Shown piece by piece: positions 25,966 to 42,100 of a DNA stretch of 64,000 nucleotides. Under the pieces are notes generated by a model. It saw nothing but the letters and a program-made list of their open reading frames with translations, made no database searches and was not told the origin of the DNA. Position numbers and translations under genes: made by a program. The DNA lies in the NCBI GenBank assembly GCA_002269645.1, contig NIVC01002479.1, positions 1 through 64,000 of the forward strand, given 5' to 3'. How positions within the stretch are numbered: position 1 is the first letter of the stretch; the number at the start of each line of letters is the position of its first letter. The DNA is from Macrostomum lignano. Its lineage: Eukaryota.

Positions 25966-26459
25966 CTATCCGTATCCCATTTCTAATAGTACACTATAAG
26001 TTATCAGTCCATGTACAATTTGTCAGCTGCAAGCTCGCAGCCACTCCAAAGTAATTCGGCAACTAAATTAAACTCAAACGCTTAGGTTTTGCGGCTAAAT
26101 AGAAAATAATTAGATATTTGTCTCCGGTTTTGCCTCTTACTGTCGAGTCGCACTGGACCCCGCTCAGACTTTCAGAGGCGAGCCGCTACTGACAGCCTCA
26201 GTAAGCCCAATTAAAATGATTGCTAAGTTATTTCATTTCTCAGGCTGCTGCTGCTCGGGTTCGATCTATCACTCTGGCAAATCGCGGCTAGCTGGGTGAG
26301 AGGGGAGGAGAGAGGCATGAACTGAATTGAAAGGAAGGTTCCGATTGCAAACGATAGAGATGGAGCTAGCTTCCAAGAAATTGGAGACAGAGAGTAAGAT
26401 AGATAGCTGACCAACTTTGGCTGGGAGGTATTTGTAGCAAACAGGCATAGCAGGGGCAG

Positions 26460-27010
26460 TAAGGGGGAGAGGAGAGACAGTAGAGAGTAAGAGAGGAGAG
26501 TAGGAGAGGGAGAGGGGAGAGGGGTAGAGAGGAGAGAGAAAGATAGAAAGGAGACAGTGTATGAAGAGAGTGAAGAGAGAGTAAAGGGAGAGTAACGAGA
26601 AAGTAAAGGTAGAGTAAAACGAGAGTAAAGGGAGAGTAAAACGAGAGTAAAGGGAGAGTAAAACAAGAGTAAAACGAGAGTAAAACGAGAGTAAAGGGAG
26701 AGTAAAGGGAGAGTAAAGGGAGAGTAAAGGGAGAGTAAAGGGAAAGTAAAGGGAGAGTAAAGGGAGAGTAAAGGGAGAGTAAAACGAGAGTAAAGGGAGA
26801 GTAAAACAAGAATAAAGGGAGAGTAAAGGGAGAGTAAAGGGAGAGTAAAAGGAGAGTAAAACAAGAGTAAAGGGAGAGTAAAGGGAGAGTAAAGGGAGAG
26901 TAAAACGAGAGTAAAGGGAGAGTAAAGGGAGAGTAAAACGAGAGTAAAACGAGAGTAAACGGAGAGTAAAGGGAATGGGGAGAGTAAAAGTACAGTAAAG
27001 GGCGAGTAAA
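26460..27010. repeat. polypurine tract, 11-bp AGTAAAGGGAG units
   Basis: Direct reading. Confidence 0.93.
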
Positions 27011-27664
27011 GGGAGGGAAGATAGTAGTGCCATGGCTAATCCTAGGCGGGTTCCTGAGCCCTTAGCCGCATAAACTAACAATCTCCCCTACATGTATTGG
27101 AAAGTATAATAGCATACGCTCGTCGTATGCGAGTACGTGCATACTTCACAAAGAAGGGTTTAAGTTAAGCAAAACTTTACCGAAAGCATGATGAGAGAGA
27201 AGGAGAGACAGTTAGAGAAAAAAAGCAGCTGAACCTGAGACTTCATCTCGGCAGGGGCTGGTCCAGCTTCTTCACTGCGTGCGGCAAATGGTATAGTACA
27301 TGTAAATGTATAATATTCATATTATGCATAACACGTACTAGGTGCATAGTAAAACACTCAACGAGAACTTGCCGAGAGTCAAAGTTGGTGAGCTTAAGAT
27401 TGGCAGTCAGCATTTCATTCTCCCGTTAAAAGTAGATTAATATTGAATCCTCAAAGGTCGATAAACAAAATGGCAGAACCGAACCAGTCCTGAGCTGGGA
27501 GCTCGGGGTCAAGTTTCAACAGCGTGCGGTGTTTCGGATTTTCACCTGATGCTCGAGGTGTGTGTGTGTGTCGTCTGAGATAAGGTAAATACTCGTAAAA
27601 GTTCGGGCCTCTGTAAAAAGGAAGCTGATTGAGAGGGGAGAAAGACGGGAGACAAAAGCTTAAA

Positions 27665-28250
27665 GAAGGGAGGTGAGAGAAGAGGGTGAGAGAATAGAGG
27701 TGAGAGAATAGAGGTGAGAGAATAGAGGTGAGAGAATAGAGGTGAGAGAGGAGAGGTGAGAGAGGAGAGGTGAGAAAGGAGAGGTGAGAAAGGAGAGGTG
27801 AGAGAATAGAGGTGAGAGAGTAGAGGTGAGAGAGGAGAGGTGAGAGTGTAGAGGTAAGAGAATAGGGTGAGAGAATAGAGGTGAGAGAGTAGAGGTGAGA
27901 GAATAGAGGTGAGAGAGTAGAGGTGAGAGAGGAGAGGTGAGAGAGGAGAGGTGAGAGAGGAGAGGTGAGAGAATAGAGGTGAGAGTGTAGAGGTGAGAGA
28001 ATAGGGTGAGAGAATAGAGGTGAGAGAGGAGAGGTGAGAGAGGAGAGGTGAGAGAGGAGAGGTGAGATAGGAGAGGTGAGAGAGGAGAGGTGAGAGAATA
28101 GAGGTGAGAGAATAGAGGTGAGAGAATAGAGGTGAGAGAGTAGAGGTGAGAGAGGAGAGGTGAGAGAGGAGAGGTGAGAGAGGAGAGGTGAGAGAGGAGA
28201 GGTGAGAGAAGAGAGGTAAAAGTGAGGTGAGAAGAGTGAGGAAAGAGGTG
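27665..28250. repeat. polypurine 14-bp minisatellite (AGAGGTGAGAGAAT/AGG)
   Basis: Direct reading. Confidence 0.93.
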
Positions 28251-29228
28251 TACAAATAGCAAAGGGTCTGCAGCCCAGCCCTTGCCGGTGTGAGGGCTGC
28301 GTGTCATTAGCGGCAGAAGCGAGTCTCAAAGCAGCAATCAGTTTTCCACCAATGGATTAAGCCAGACAACAAAGAATGAGGTCGTTTGAATATTTGGAAA
28401 CTGAAAACCAATGCTTTCTGCGGCTAAATATGGTGTATATTTGCGTGTCTAAGGCTACTGGCTCTACACTTTCAAATACAATTCTGTTGCGTGGCAGTCA
28501 AAATTCTATTAGCAATAAGTTGCACAAATGACAGGGGTAAAAGGAAGATAAGCTATAATATATACGGAAGCCGCCGTAAAAAATTGGATTGCAAGAAAAA
28601 GAATTCTACAAGTCTACTTTAAAGTCTATAAAAAAGCATAAACAATTGCTGCAATAATAAAAAAAGTTCGAAGCAAATTCGAGTCAAGAAGTGGAAACTC
28701 CCCATCAATGGCAGCTCTGTACATCTTGCACTTGTCAAAAAAATGAAAAAAAATTAAACAAAATAATTTATGATGAGATTCAAGACGAAAAAACATTTCG
28801 TCAAAAATGTGGCTCTGACAGATTTTACTGACAACTGACAGAATCTGTGAGGTGAGGAAGTCTGAGCTACTGAGCTATACGTATGCAGTTGGTCATATTC
28901 TGGAAAAATCGTTTGCATTATTCATCTCATTGATGAGGAATCCCAGCTCCCCATACAATCACGAAGGCCGCGCAGTTCCAGCTCCCTTCATCCTGAATAG
29001 GGTGCACGCGGCACTCAAAACCCTGCCTGGTCAGTTCCGCCGCTGCCGCAGGCCGCTAGCCGTTGTCGGCTGAGTCGGGCGGGTCCTCAGCACGGAGGAC
29101 CGGGTCTCGAACGGCTGACAAATGGTTGGCTGAGAGGAGAGTGGGAGAGGCGCTGAGGGAGTCGCTGTCCAATCACATCAGATGAGATAAGGAGTCACTG
29201 GAAGCTATTTTTTCAAAAATCCATTCAA

Positions 29229-29308
29229 GTCACGTGACCTTCCTTTGCAACAGCGGGGCGCAGCGGTTTATCGATTTTATTATTAAAAAACTATCGATAA
29301 TCACGTGA
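29229..29308. promoter_or_regulatory. paired palindromic E-boxes (GTCACGTGAC 29229-29238, TCACGTGA 29301-29308); possible promoter
   Basis: The motifs are seen directly in CpG-containing unique sequence; no target gene was identified. Confidence 0.3.
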
Positions 29309-29397
29309 TCTCGATTTTAACCAACGACGCTAGTCTACGCTAGATTGAGGATTTACGCCGGGTTTGCCATGCGTTTGATGTGAGGCGCATTCACTTC

Positions 29398-29953
29398 CAT
29401 AAGGCCCAACCCCCAAGGCACAGAGAGTGTACGTACCTCACACCCATAAGGCCCAACCCCCAAGGTACAGAGAGTGTACATACCTCACACCCATAAGGCC
29501 CAACCCCCAAGGCACAGAGAGTGTACATACCTCACACCCATAAGGCCCAACCCCCAAGGCACAGAGAGTGTACGTACCTCACACCCATAAGGCCCAACCC
29601 CCAAGGTACAGAGAGTGTACATACCTCACACCCATAAGGCCCAACCCCAAGGCACAGAGAGTGTACGTACCTCACACCCATAAGGCCCAACCCCCAAGGC
29701 ACAGAGAGTGTACGTACCTCACACCCATAAGGCCCAACCCCCAAGGCACAGAGAGTGTACATACCTCACACCCATAAGGCCCAACCCCCAAGGCACAGAG
29801 AGTGTACGTACCTCACACCCATAAGGCCCAACCCCCAAGGCACAGAGAGTGTACGTACCTCACACCCATAAGGCCCAACCCCCAAGGCACAGAGAGTGTA
29901 CGTACCTCACACCCATAAGGCCCAACCCCCAAGGCACAGAGAGTGTACGTACC
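29398..29953. repeat. 47-bp minisatellite (CATAAGGCCCAACCCCCAAGGCACAGAGAGTGTACGTACCTCACACC) x~12
   Basis: Unit starts at 29398, 29445 and onward. Confidence 0.97.
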
Positions 29954-30386
29954 TGACGATTAGAAAGCGTGTGCATGGGTGCGAGCCTGCGTACAGTATT
30001 GGCATGCTTGTATGGTTCAGGAGTCAGCGGAATGATCAAAACTGTCTTCAGAGCGCTGGTTGCGCCATGGTGCTGCACAGCCCTTCAGCAAATTTTATTT
30101 ATATGTTCACCACTGGTCCTCCATCTACGTGCAGGGTGACGAGAAGTACAAGGCTTGTACGAGAAGTCGGATTGGGGCGCTAGTGGATTAGTACACAGAC
30201 GGGACAATTTCTTGCATGATTTATTGTGGACCCCGATTTTGACTTGAAAACCTCGAATTCGAAGGAGGGAGATCCCGGATGCAGTCCAGGTGAGGATCTA
30301 GCACTAAAGCCGTTAAACGTGCGAGGGCGTGGTTCTTTTTTATTGCACCGCCCACCTCCGAGCTATTTCAAGATTCAACGCTTTCT

Positions 30387-32746
<2,360 letters not shown>

Positions 32747-33157
32747 TAACGCAAATATGAGCTAGAACAATATTTATAACTCAAAGCTTTATAAACCAAC
32801 CAACCACGAAACAATTTGCATTGAGTTGATCACTCCTTTATCTGAAAAATGAAAAAAAGTTAAGCTATAGTCAAAGTTAAATAGCACTGCTTACACTAGT
32901 AAGCTTTTGTAAGTATTGTGTGTAACATCTGAATTATAAGCGTTTAAAGTGTTTGTAAAAAAGACTCTTATAGTTTACTTTCTTGTGGTTTCTAGCCGCT
33001 CAGCTTTAAATTTGCCGTTATTTTTGTTTGAATAAAGTAAAAATCCTTAGCGTCTATAGCGATTCAACTTAAATTATAATAGGTATTTAAAACCACGAAG
33101 TCAACCCTAACAGTAAAAATTCAGTAAAAAATTGCTCCCTAGCCTTGGAACCTAGGT

Positions 33158-36100
33158 ATGGAGCCAACAGTTGTTTTAAGTAATTATAGTTCTGGAAATA
33201 AAGATGAAGAGAAAGTTCTTCTGAGACGCCCCAGACCGGCAAAGAAGGTGCAACCTTCTGAAGAGTTCTCACGCCCGATAACAACAAACTTTCAAAATTT
33301 AAAAACGCCTCCCACAAGCGTTCAGAGAAGCGGATCATTGGTGCCGTTGGGTCCTGATGTTGCTAGACAGCTTCCTCTTTCAAAAGAAGACAAGAAATGG
33401 GTCTTAGATAGCGCGTATAATTCTAGACAGACTACCGCGCATTCCAGGGTCTACGGAAAAAACCTTCTCAAGCCATACAAACCAAGAGGTCCTGGTGGTC
33501 TACCTCCTAGAGAAGCTAAAAGACAACTCCCATTCTATTCTGATTTTATTCGAAGTGATGAAGACGTCAGATACACGAAGCCGCCGCTCTTCACGCTTAA
33601 CGACTTTATAATTGGTATTGCAAAAGAAAATAAAATATCTGTCTCGGAAGCCCAGCAGATCATATTTTCAAGTGCAAATTATAAAAAGATAACTGACTTT
33701 GTTGCCACTAAGCTTAATGGACAAAACACAACGATTTCGTTTGTTGATGTCGATTTGGATGCCATGGGTGAGTAACTCTTTCAAAATTTTCAGTTCCTTT
33801 TTGAAAGTATGTCATGAGTTTGCTGATATTGGTGAATAAGTTTTTTGAAATGTAAATAAGTTGATCAATTTTAGTAGACATACATTTTGCTGGTTTGGTA
33901 TGCTGAGTTTCCATAAAAATGTCATTGTAAAATAACAGAATTGATTTTAGATATATATGTAGCCATATTATAATTATTCACATTACCATTAAACCGACTA
34001 CAAGCATTAAATTATAGGAAAATTTGACCTCTATTAATAAATAAAAACTCTCCTGTATTTAATTTCATTGAGTAAGCAATTTATTTTGAAATTTAAAGCC
34101 CAGAAATAATAAAAAACATATTCAGTAATTTCATATTATTAAAAGTAAATTTCTGACACTTTATTTTAGCTTCCAAGCAAGAAAAGATTCTTCAGAATTC
34201 ACAAAAGGTGCCATCTTAATTTTTTGCATCAACATTTATCTCCTACTCTTTTGCTTGTATGCGCGCGAGTTTTTTAATCTGCATTTACATTGAACATAAT
34301 TTTAGTATATTATATTTTTCACTATTGGTATGCTGAAAATATTTACAAATCACTGTAATATGAACCAAATATTGTGTAACAATAAATATTAGGGGAATAC
34401 AAGATAAATATGTAAATAATAATTTCACCAAGTTTACTCAATCCAGTCACATATTTTCAAGTGAAGCATAGAATCTAGAAAAAACTAAAATAAACTAGTC
34501 ACTCGCTCGGTTTGTCGCCTCCCGCAGAGTCCATGTCTGAGGAGGCTCCCCAGCGGGTGCCGCATGCGCAGGCTCTCTACGAGATGGCCGCTTTGATCAA
34601 AGACCGCGTCAGAGAGGCGCTGCATTTTGAAGTCGAATGTCGAGTTCGTCGACTGCCAAAATTTGCGCCTGGCTATAAAGTGGGCGAGGCGCCTCACTCA
34701 GAGATCGTGCTGTTCGAGGGGAAGAAGGCCCAAGAGATTGACAGGATTGTCGCTGCTGGCCGGTGCGTGCGGCTGACCGGCGCATTTGATGATAACTGGG
34801 GAATTCTAGTCTAACAGGGGAAATTCCAGTCTGACAGGGGAGTTCCAGTCTAGCAGGGGAAATTCCAGTCTGACAGGGGAAATTCCAGTCTGACAGGGGA
34901 ATTCCAGTCTGACAGCGGAAATTCCAGTCTAACAGGGGAAATTCCAGTCTAACAGGGGAATTCCAGTCTAACAGGGGAATTCCAGTCTGACAGGGGAAAT
35001 TCCAGTCTGACAGGGGAATTCCAGTCTGACAGCGGAAATTCCAGTCTAACAGGGGAAATTCCAGTCTAACAGGGGAATTCCAGTCTGACAGGGGAAATTC
35101 CAGTCTGACAGGGGAATTCCAGTCTGACAGGGGAAATTCCAGTCTGACAGGGGAATTCCAGTCTGACAGGGGAATTCCAGTCTGACAGCGGAAATTCCAG
35201 TCTAACAGGGGAAATTCCAGTCTAACAGGGGAATTCCAGTCTGACAGGGGAAATTCCAGTCTGACAGGGGAAATTCCAGTCTAACAGGGGAAATTCCAGT
35301 CTAACAGGGGAATTCCAGTCTGACAGGGGAAATTCCAGTCTGACAGGGGAAATTCCAGTCTAACAGGGGAAATTCCAGTCTAACGGGAAATTCCAGTCTG
35401 ACAGGGGAATTCCCGTCTGACAGGGGAAATTCCAGTCTAGCAGGGGAAATTCCAGTCTAAAAGGGGCCATTACAGTCCAACAGGGGAGAACTCCAGTCTA
35501 ACAGGGGAATTCCAGTTTAACAGGGAATTCCTGTCTAACAGGGGAATTCCCGTCTAACAGGGGAAATTCCTGTCTTCACAGGGGGATTCCAGTCTAGACT
35601 GACAGTTTAACTTGGAAATTCCAGTCTAGGAAATTCCAATCTAACAGGGCGAGTTGCAGTCTAACAGGGGGATTCCAGTCTAGGAAATTCCAATCTAACA
35701 GGGCGAGTTGCAGTCTAACAGGGGGATTCCAGTCTAACAGGGGGATTCCAGTCTAACAGGAGTTCCAGTCTAGCAGGGACCATTCCAGTCCAACACGGAG
35801 TTCTTGTATAAGATTTAAACTAAACGTGATAATATAAAAAATAAAATATTCTCTGTTCTAGTCTGTCAATTAGAAAAGCTCTTCTAGCTGACAGGGACTC
35901 TCCTTCCACCCTTCTAACGGCTACCACAAATTCGTCACATTAAAAAATATGAATTTTATATTCGCCCATCCTAAACCAACATCACGCAGACTCACGGGTC
36001 ATCCAACAAAGGAGACGATCTTCACAACGGGCTCCATGCCGAAGCACTTTCACGAGGCCACCCGGTCCACATCTCCATTCAGTGAGTGTTCAATGCAATT

Positions 36101-39100
36101 CAACTTCTAAGTGCCAAAAAGCAGTATTGTTTACTTTAATTAACATATTGTACAATGCTGGCGTTTTGTGCTTTAATAACTATAACCATTCGAACTCAAC
36201 AGTAGAAATACAAGGCCATGTTTTCATTTTTACATGGTCCTCGCAACGTTTCCCCTACTTTTATTCAGTAGCGAGTAAAGCAAATTGTAGCTATTTTCTA
36301 CAACGGAAGTGGACAGCTGGCCAGATAAATATTATAAAGAAAGAGTCACGTGACACATTTCGTATTCAGTGCAAAAGCAATGTACATTGGTCAGCGTCGC
36401 ATAGAATGTAAATGGCAGCTTAACCCTCTCCCAGCCACAGCCAGGAGGCTAGCGATTGGGGGCAATAAAATGGGGGGTAGAGAAGCGACAGGCCGCAGTG
36501 TGCGTGGAATGGCGCAAACGATAGGCAAACGATAGGCAAACGATACGAGCTAAATGAGCCAATAGGCAGTTACCAAGCTGACTTCTGGACTTTCTCAGCA
36601 ACATTGAAAACCGCCATCCCAAAGCATTGGCAGAGCGATTGACTTCAGCTCACTGCACTGCAAATGACGCAAGGTTTTCCAACTCTCGCTTAGGCGCACA
36701 GGGTCTGGGGTGGTGGTTTTCAATGTTCTGAGTGTACTTTAAGGTTAGTATTTCCCCGAACTTCGTGAATTGCTGCAATTTCCTAATTTTACCCAACAAG
36801 TTTTTTAATCATCGCCGCTTCCATGTAAGTTACTTCTGAATTTAATTAAAACATGCGCATTTGGTTGCCTCTCTAGCTATAATGATCGATTAACCACGAC
36901 CTTCATTTGTACCCTGAAGACGCCATGCGTCCGCATCCAACTTTGGTGCAGACCTGGACTGCAGATTCGCTACCGCTGCCGTCGTCCGATGCCCGGACGT
37001 CTCCGCCTTCGGTCCGAACTCCGCCCCGCGATCCGACCCTCGAACCACCCCTCGATCCGCCCCCATCCCCGCCCCCGCCCCCGAACCCGCCCTCGCAACA
37101 GCTGGCCAACCGGCAGCGGCAGCGGCGCCGTCAGATGCCAAAAGTCGACTCGGCGGCGCCCGCTTCAACGCCGACGCAGACGGCTCGCGCTGGCGCGGGC
37201 AGCGCCTCCTACTGGCCGCTGAATGGCCAGCTGGAGCACGCCAGCGACAGCGCGGAAGCTGAGGACCAGGCCGAGCAGAGGCCCAGTAAGATCGCGAATG
37301 TCCCAGCTCTTTCCGGAAGCTAAAGACCAGCCTACTCATGACCCATTGTATGACCATATGGCCCGATGACCTGATGGCCTTATGACTTGATGACGGTATG
37401 GCCTAAAGACCCTATGACCTGAAGACTCTATGACCCGATGACCCTACTACCTGATGACCTGAGGACCCTATGGCCTGATGACCCTTTGACCCGATAAACT
37501 GATGACCCTTATGACCCGATGACCTGATTGCCTTTGATGACCTTACAACGATTTAACCCCATGAAGGCCAGAAACGCCACAGTCGACTGTTTCTTTATTT
37601 TTATCGCAATGTACTTTATTGAAGTTTATTTGTTTTACAAGCGGCTTCTTATTTTTGTTGACATGCATTAAATTTCTATGCCAGACAACTAAGCTGGTAC
37701 TCGTAAATTTACTATTAAAAGCTCTTTCTTTCGTTTTGTGTAATATTTTATGCAGCTGTGTGAACATTACTGAAGTACGAGTATATAAAGCTATCTATCT
37801 ATTTTAATAGAAGCTATACATCTTTATATCTATAGATCTACCTTTGATCTACCTTTGATCTATCTGTGATCTATCTATGATCTATCTATATGTTATCTAC
37901 CCAATATAAATCTGTCAGTAACTGCAAGTCTCCAAACTCTGCCACACTCCAGCATACGACGAAAATCAGATATCCCCAGCCGAGATCTGCGTCCTGGACT
38001 GCATGCTGACCGGTGGAATCGCTCTCAGCCTCAAGGCCAACTTCATCTCAGCCCTGCCGGACGTGTCAGTGCTGCGGCACACTCTCACTTACGTCAACTT
38101 GTCCTACAATGACTTCAAGGTTTGTGCCATAACACAAGATGTTATCGGGTCAATTTAGACTACTGTTAGTAGACGTAAGCTTTAAAAGTTGAAAGTTCAT
38201 TAATTATTAAGCGTTAATACGTTTGCATCTGTTGGTGTGTGTGAGCATGTGCTGGTACATGTATAGCATCCGTGATCATGTGTTGGTACATTTATAGCAT
38301 CCGTGATCATGTGTTGGCACATCCAGAACATCCGTGATCATGTGTTGGTACATCCAGAACATCCGTGATCATGTGTTGGCACATCCAGAACATCCGTGAT
38401 CATGTGTTGGCACATGTAGAACATCCGTGATCATGTGTTGGTACATGTATAGCATCCGTGATCCTGTGTTGGCACATGTATAGCATCCGTGATCATGTGT
38501 TGGCACATGTATAGCATCCGTGATCATGTGTTGGCACATGTATAACATCCGTGTGCGTTTGCGTGCTTAAGAATCAGTGAGATAGGCCTGTCTGATTGCC
38601 TCCTGTTTCTCGAGTGTCATCTTAAATATGAACCATTTAATTAATCGATCACCTGAAAAAACTGATTTTGCAGGAGATTCCGCCGGCGATTTTTCAGCTT
38701 CCGTCGTTGCAAATTTTGAAGCTGCGCAGCAACCCCCTGTCGATTCTTTCTAGCGACATCGAGCTGCTCACCCAGCTGGAGAGTCTGGTTGTGTCCTTTT
38801 GCCTCATCACTACCATTCCTGTCAGGTGAGTGTCTGGAAGCCCCAACAGAAGTACTATGGGTGTTGGAAGTGCCAATAAGGTTACTATAGGATAGGTTCT
38901 GGATGTATCATTAAGGTACTACTATAGGCGGCCGGAGGCTCCACTAAAGTACTACCGAGATACCGGAGTGGTCCTCCAGCCCCTACACCAGGGGTTGGCA
39001 AACTTTTTTCCTCAAGAGCCAGATGAAGAACCCAGCTCATGGCTGCGGGCTAGTTGAGAGAGGAAAGAAAGGAGAGGGAATAGAAGATGAGACATGAGAG

Positions 39101-42100
39101 AGAGAGAAGAGATACGAAAGAAGACAAGAGGAGAAAAGAGGGAAGAGACGAGAGAAAGGGAAGAGGGTAGAGAGAAGAGAGGGAAGAGAAGAAGGGAAGA
39201 GGGAGAGAGGAGAAAGAGGAGAGAGGGGAGAGAAGAGATTGAGAAGAGGGGAGAGAGGAGAGAGGAGAGGGGGAGAGAAGAGACACAAACCTTGAGCGGG
39301 CCAGATTGCTATTGTGAAGATTCAAAGGACCCGAAGGCCGGAAATTTCAATTCCGGAGTTGGCCGACCCCTGCGCCTGCACAAAGCATTTGCTTAAGTGT
39401 GTATAACTGATGACTAAAATAAGAGCTATAAGATTTCACCTCTGACACTTCTTGGTACTATTTCAGCCTCTACAAGTTGAAGAAGCTGAGAATTCTGGAC
39501 CTATCCTACAACAAAATCTCTTTCTTACACCGGGAGATCAAAGGACTGCGGTAAATAATTACATTACTTTTCTCTTCACCTGACTATTAAATCAGTAGCA
39601 AATAAAGAAAAAAGCAGCCATGAGGGGGTGGGGTAAGAGATGCGACCAGGGGCGCAGAGTTTACGTGGAATGGCAGATAAATGCTTGAGCCAATAGGCTG
39701 TTAAGGGTGAGTGACAATGCTACTGATTTGAGAGTAGTATAATCTATCGCTAAAGCAATGAATAATTCTAACGCGGCCCATTCTCAGCAACCTGACCTAC
39801 CTGAACGTGGAGGGCAACGAGCTGACCAGCCTGCCCAACACAATGCTGGCCATGCGGTTAAAGCGAATCAAAGTTCGTAACAATTTCCTGCATCCGTTCC
39901 TCTGGGCTGAGAACAGTTTGAGCCAGCCGCAGGTGAGAATATGCGTGTAGGACAGACGTTCGAATCTGGAACTTTGCGTGCTTCCTGCATGCTGCGCTCT
40001 TTTAGGGGTACTGTACCACAGTCTTGTGGTCCATTTTTTAGATTTGAATCTCTGAAAAATTTGGAGCTATATCATAAATAGTTGCTTTCTCTAGAAGAGT
40101 CACCACAGTCTCTAGATGAGTCACCACAGTCTCTAGATGAGTCACTACAGTCTCTAAATGAGTCGCCACCATCTCTAGATGAGTCGACACGGTCTGTAGA
40201 TTAGTCGCCACAGTCTCTTCTCTAGATGGGTCGACAGTCTCTAGATGAGTCGCCACAATCTCTATATGAGACGCCACAGTCTCTAGATGAGTCACTACAG
40301 TCTCTAGATGAGTCGCCACCGTCTCTAGATGAGTCGACACGGTCTGTAGATGAGTCGCCAGTCTGTAGATGAGTCGCCAGTCTCTACGACCTAGATAAGT
40401 CGCCACAGTCTCTAGATGAGTCGCCACAGTCTGTCAGATGAGTCGCCACAATCTCTATATAAGTTGCCAAAGTCTCTAGATGAGTCGCCACAGTCTGTCA
40501 GATGAGTCGCCACCGTCTCTAGATGAGTCGACACGGTCTGTAGATGAGTCGCCAGTCTGTAGATGAGTCGCCAGTCTCTACGACCTAGATAAGTCGCCAC
40601 AGTCTGTAGATGAGTCGCCACAATCTCTATATAAGTTGCCAAAGTCTCTAGATGAGTCGCCACAATCTCTATATAAGTTGCCAAAGTCTCTAGATGAGTC
40701 GCCACAGTCTGTCAGATGAGTCGCCACCGTCTCTAGATGAGTCGACACGGTCTGTAGATGAGTCGCCAGTCTCTACGACCTAGATAAGTCGCCACAGTCT
40801 CTAGATGAGTCGCCACAATCTCTATATAAGTTGCCAAAGTCTCTAGATGAGTCGCCACAGTCTGTCAGATGAGTCGCCACAGTCTCTAGATGAGTCGCCA
40901 CAGTCTGTCAGATGAGTCGCCACAGTCTGTAGATGAGTCGCCACAGTCTGTAGATGAGTTACCACAGTCTCTAGATGAGTCGCCAGTCTGTAGATGAGTC
41001 GCCACAGTCTGTAGATGAGTTGCCACAGTCTCTAGATGAGTCGCCAGTCTGTAGATGAGTCGCCACAGTCTGTAGATGAGTTACCACAGTCTCTAGATGA
41101 GTCGCCAGTCTGTAGATGAGTCGCCACAGTCTGTAGATGAGTTGCCACAGTCTCTAGATGAGTCGCCAGTCTGTAGATGAGTCGCCACAGTCTGTAGATG
41201 AGTTGCCACAGTCTCTAGATGAGTCGCCAGTCTGTAGATGAGTCGCCAGTCTGTAGATGAGTCGCCACAGTCTCTAGATGAGTCGCCAGTCTGTAGATGA
41301 GTCGCCACAGTCTGTAGATGAGTTACCACAGTCTCTAGATGAGTCGCCAGTCTGTAGATGAGTCGCCACAGTCTGTAGATGAGTTACCACAGTCTCTAGA
41401 TGAGTCGCCAGTCTGTAGATGAGTCGCCACAGTCTGTAGATGAGTTACCACAGTCTCTAGATGAGTCGCCAGTCTGTAGATGAGTCGCCACAGTCTGTAG
41501 ATGAGTTGCCACAGTCTCTAGATGAGTCGCCAGTCTGTAGATGAGTCGCCACAGTCTGTAGATGAGTTGCCACAGTCTCTAGATGAGTCGCCAGTCTGTA
41601 GATGAGTCGCCACAGTCTGTAGATGAGTTACCACAGTCTCTAGATGAGTCGCCAGTCTGTAGATGAGTCGCCACAGTCTGTAGATGAGTTACCACAGTCT
41701 CTAGATGAGTCGCCAGTCTGTAGATGAGTCGCCACAGTCTGTAGATGAGTTACCACAGTCTCTAGATGAGTCGCCAGTCTGTAGATGAGTCGCCACAGTC
41801 TGTAGATGAGTTGCCACAGTCTCTAGATGAGTCGCCAGTCTGTAGATGAGTCGCCACAGTCTGTAGATGAGTTACCACAGTCTCTAGATGAGTTACCACA
41901 GTCTCCAGATGTGTCGCCTGTCTAATTATAATTTCCGCAGCAACTGCAAGACTTGGCCGCACTGACATTCTACCACTCCGGACTGAACAGAAGATTCGAT
42001 CTGCAGACAGTCGGAGAATTGGATGCTGGTCAGAGAGCACCTCGAGTGGCTGAAGAGATTCGACAAATTCTTGTGGACCAGTGAGTTCAAGTCTGGGTGG

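Noticed and set aside
24951-28329. Several 100-340-aa S/L/P- or E/R/G-rich ORFs
   Set aside because: Translations of purine/pyrimidine low-complexity tracts.
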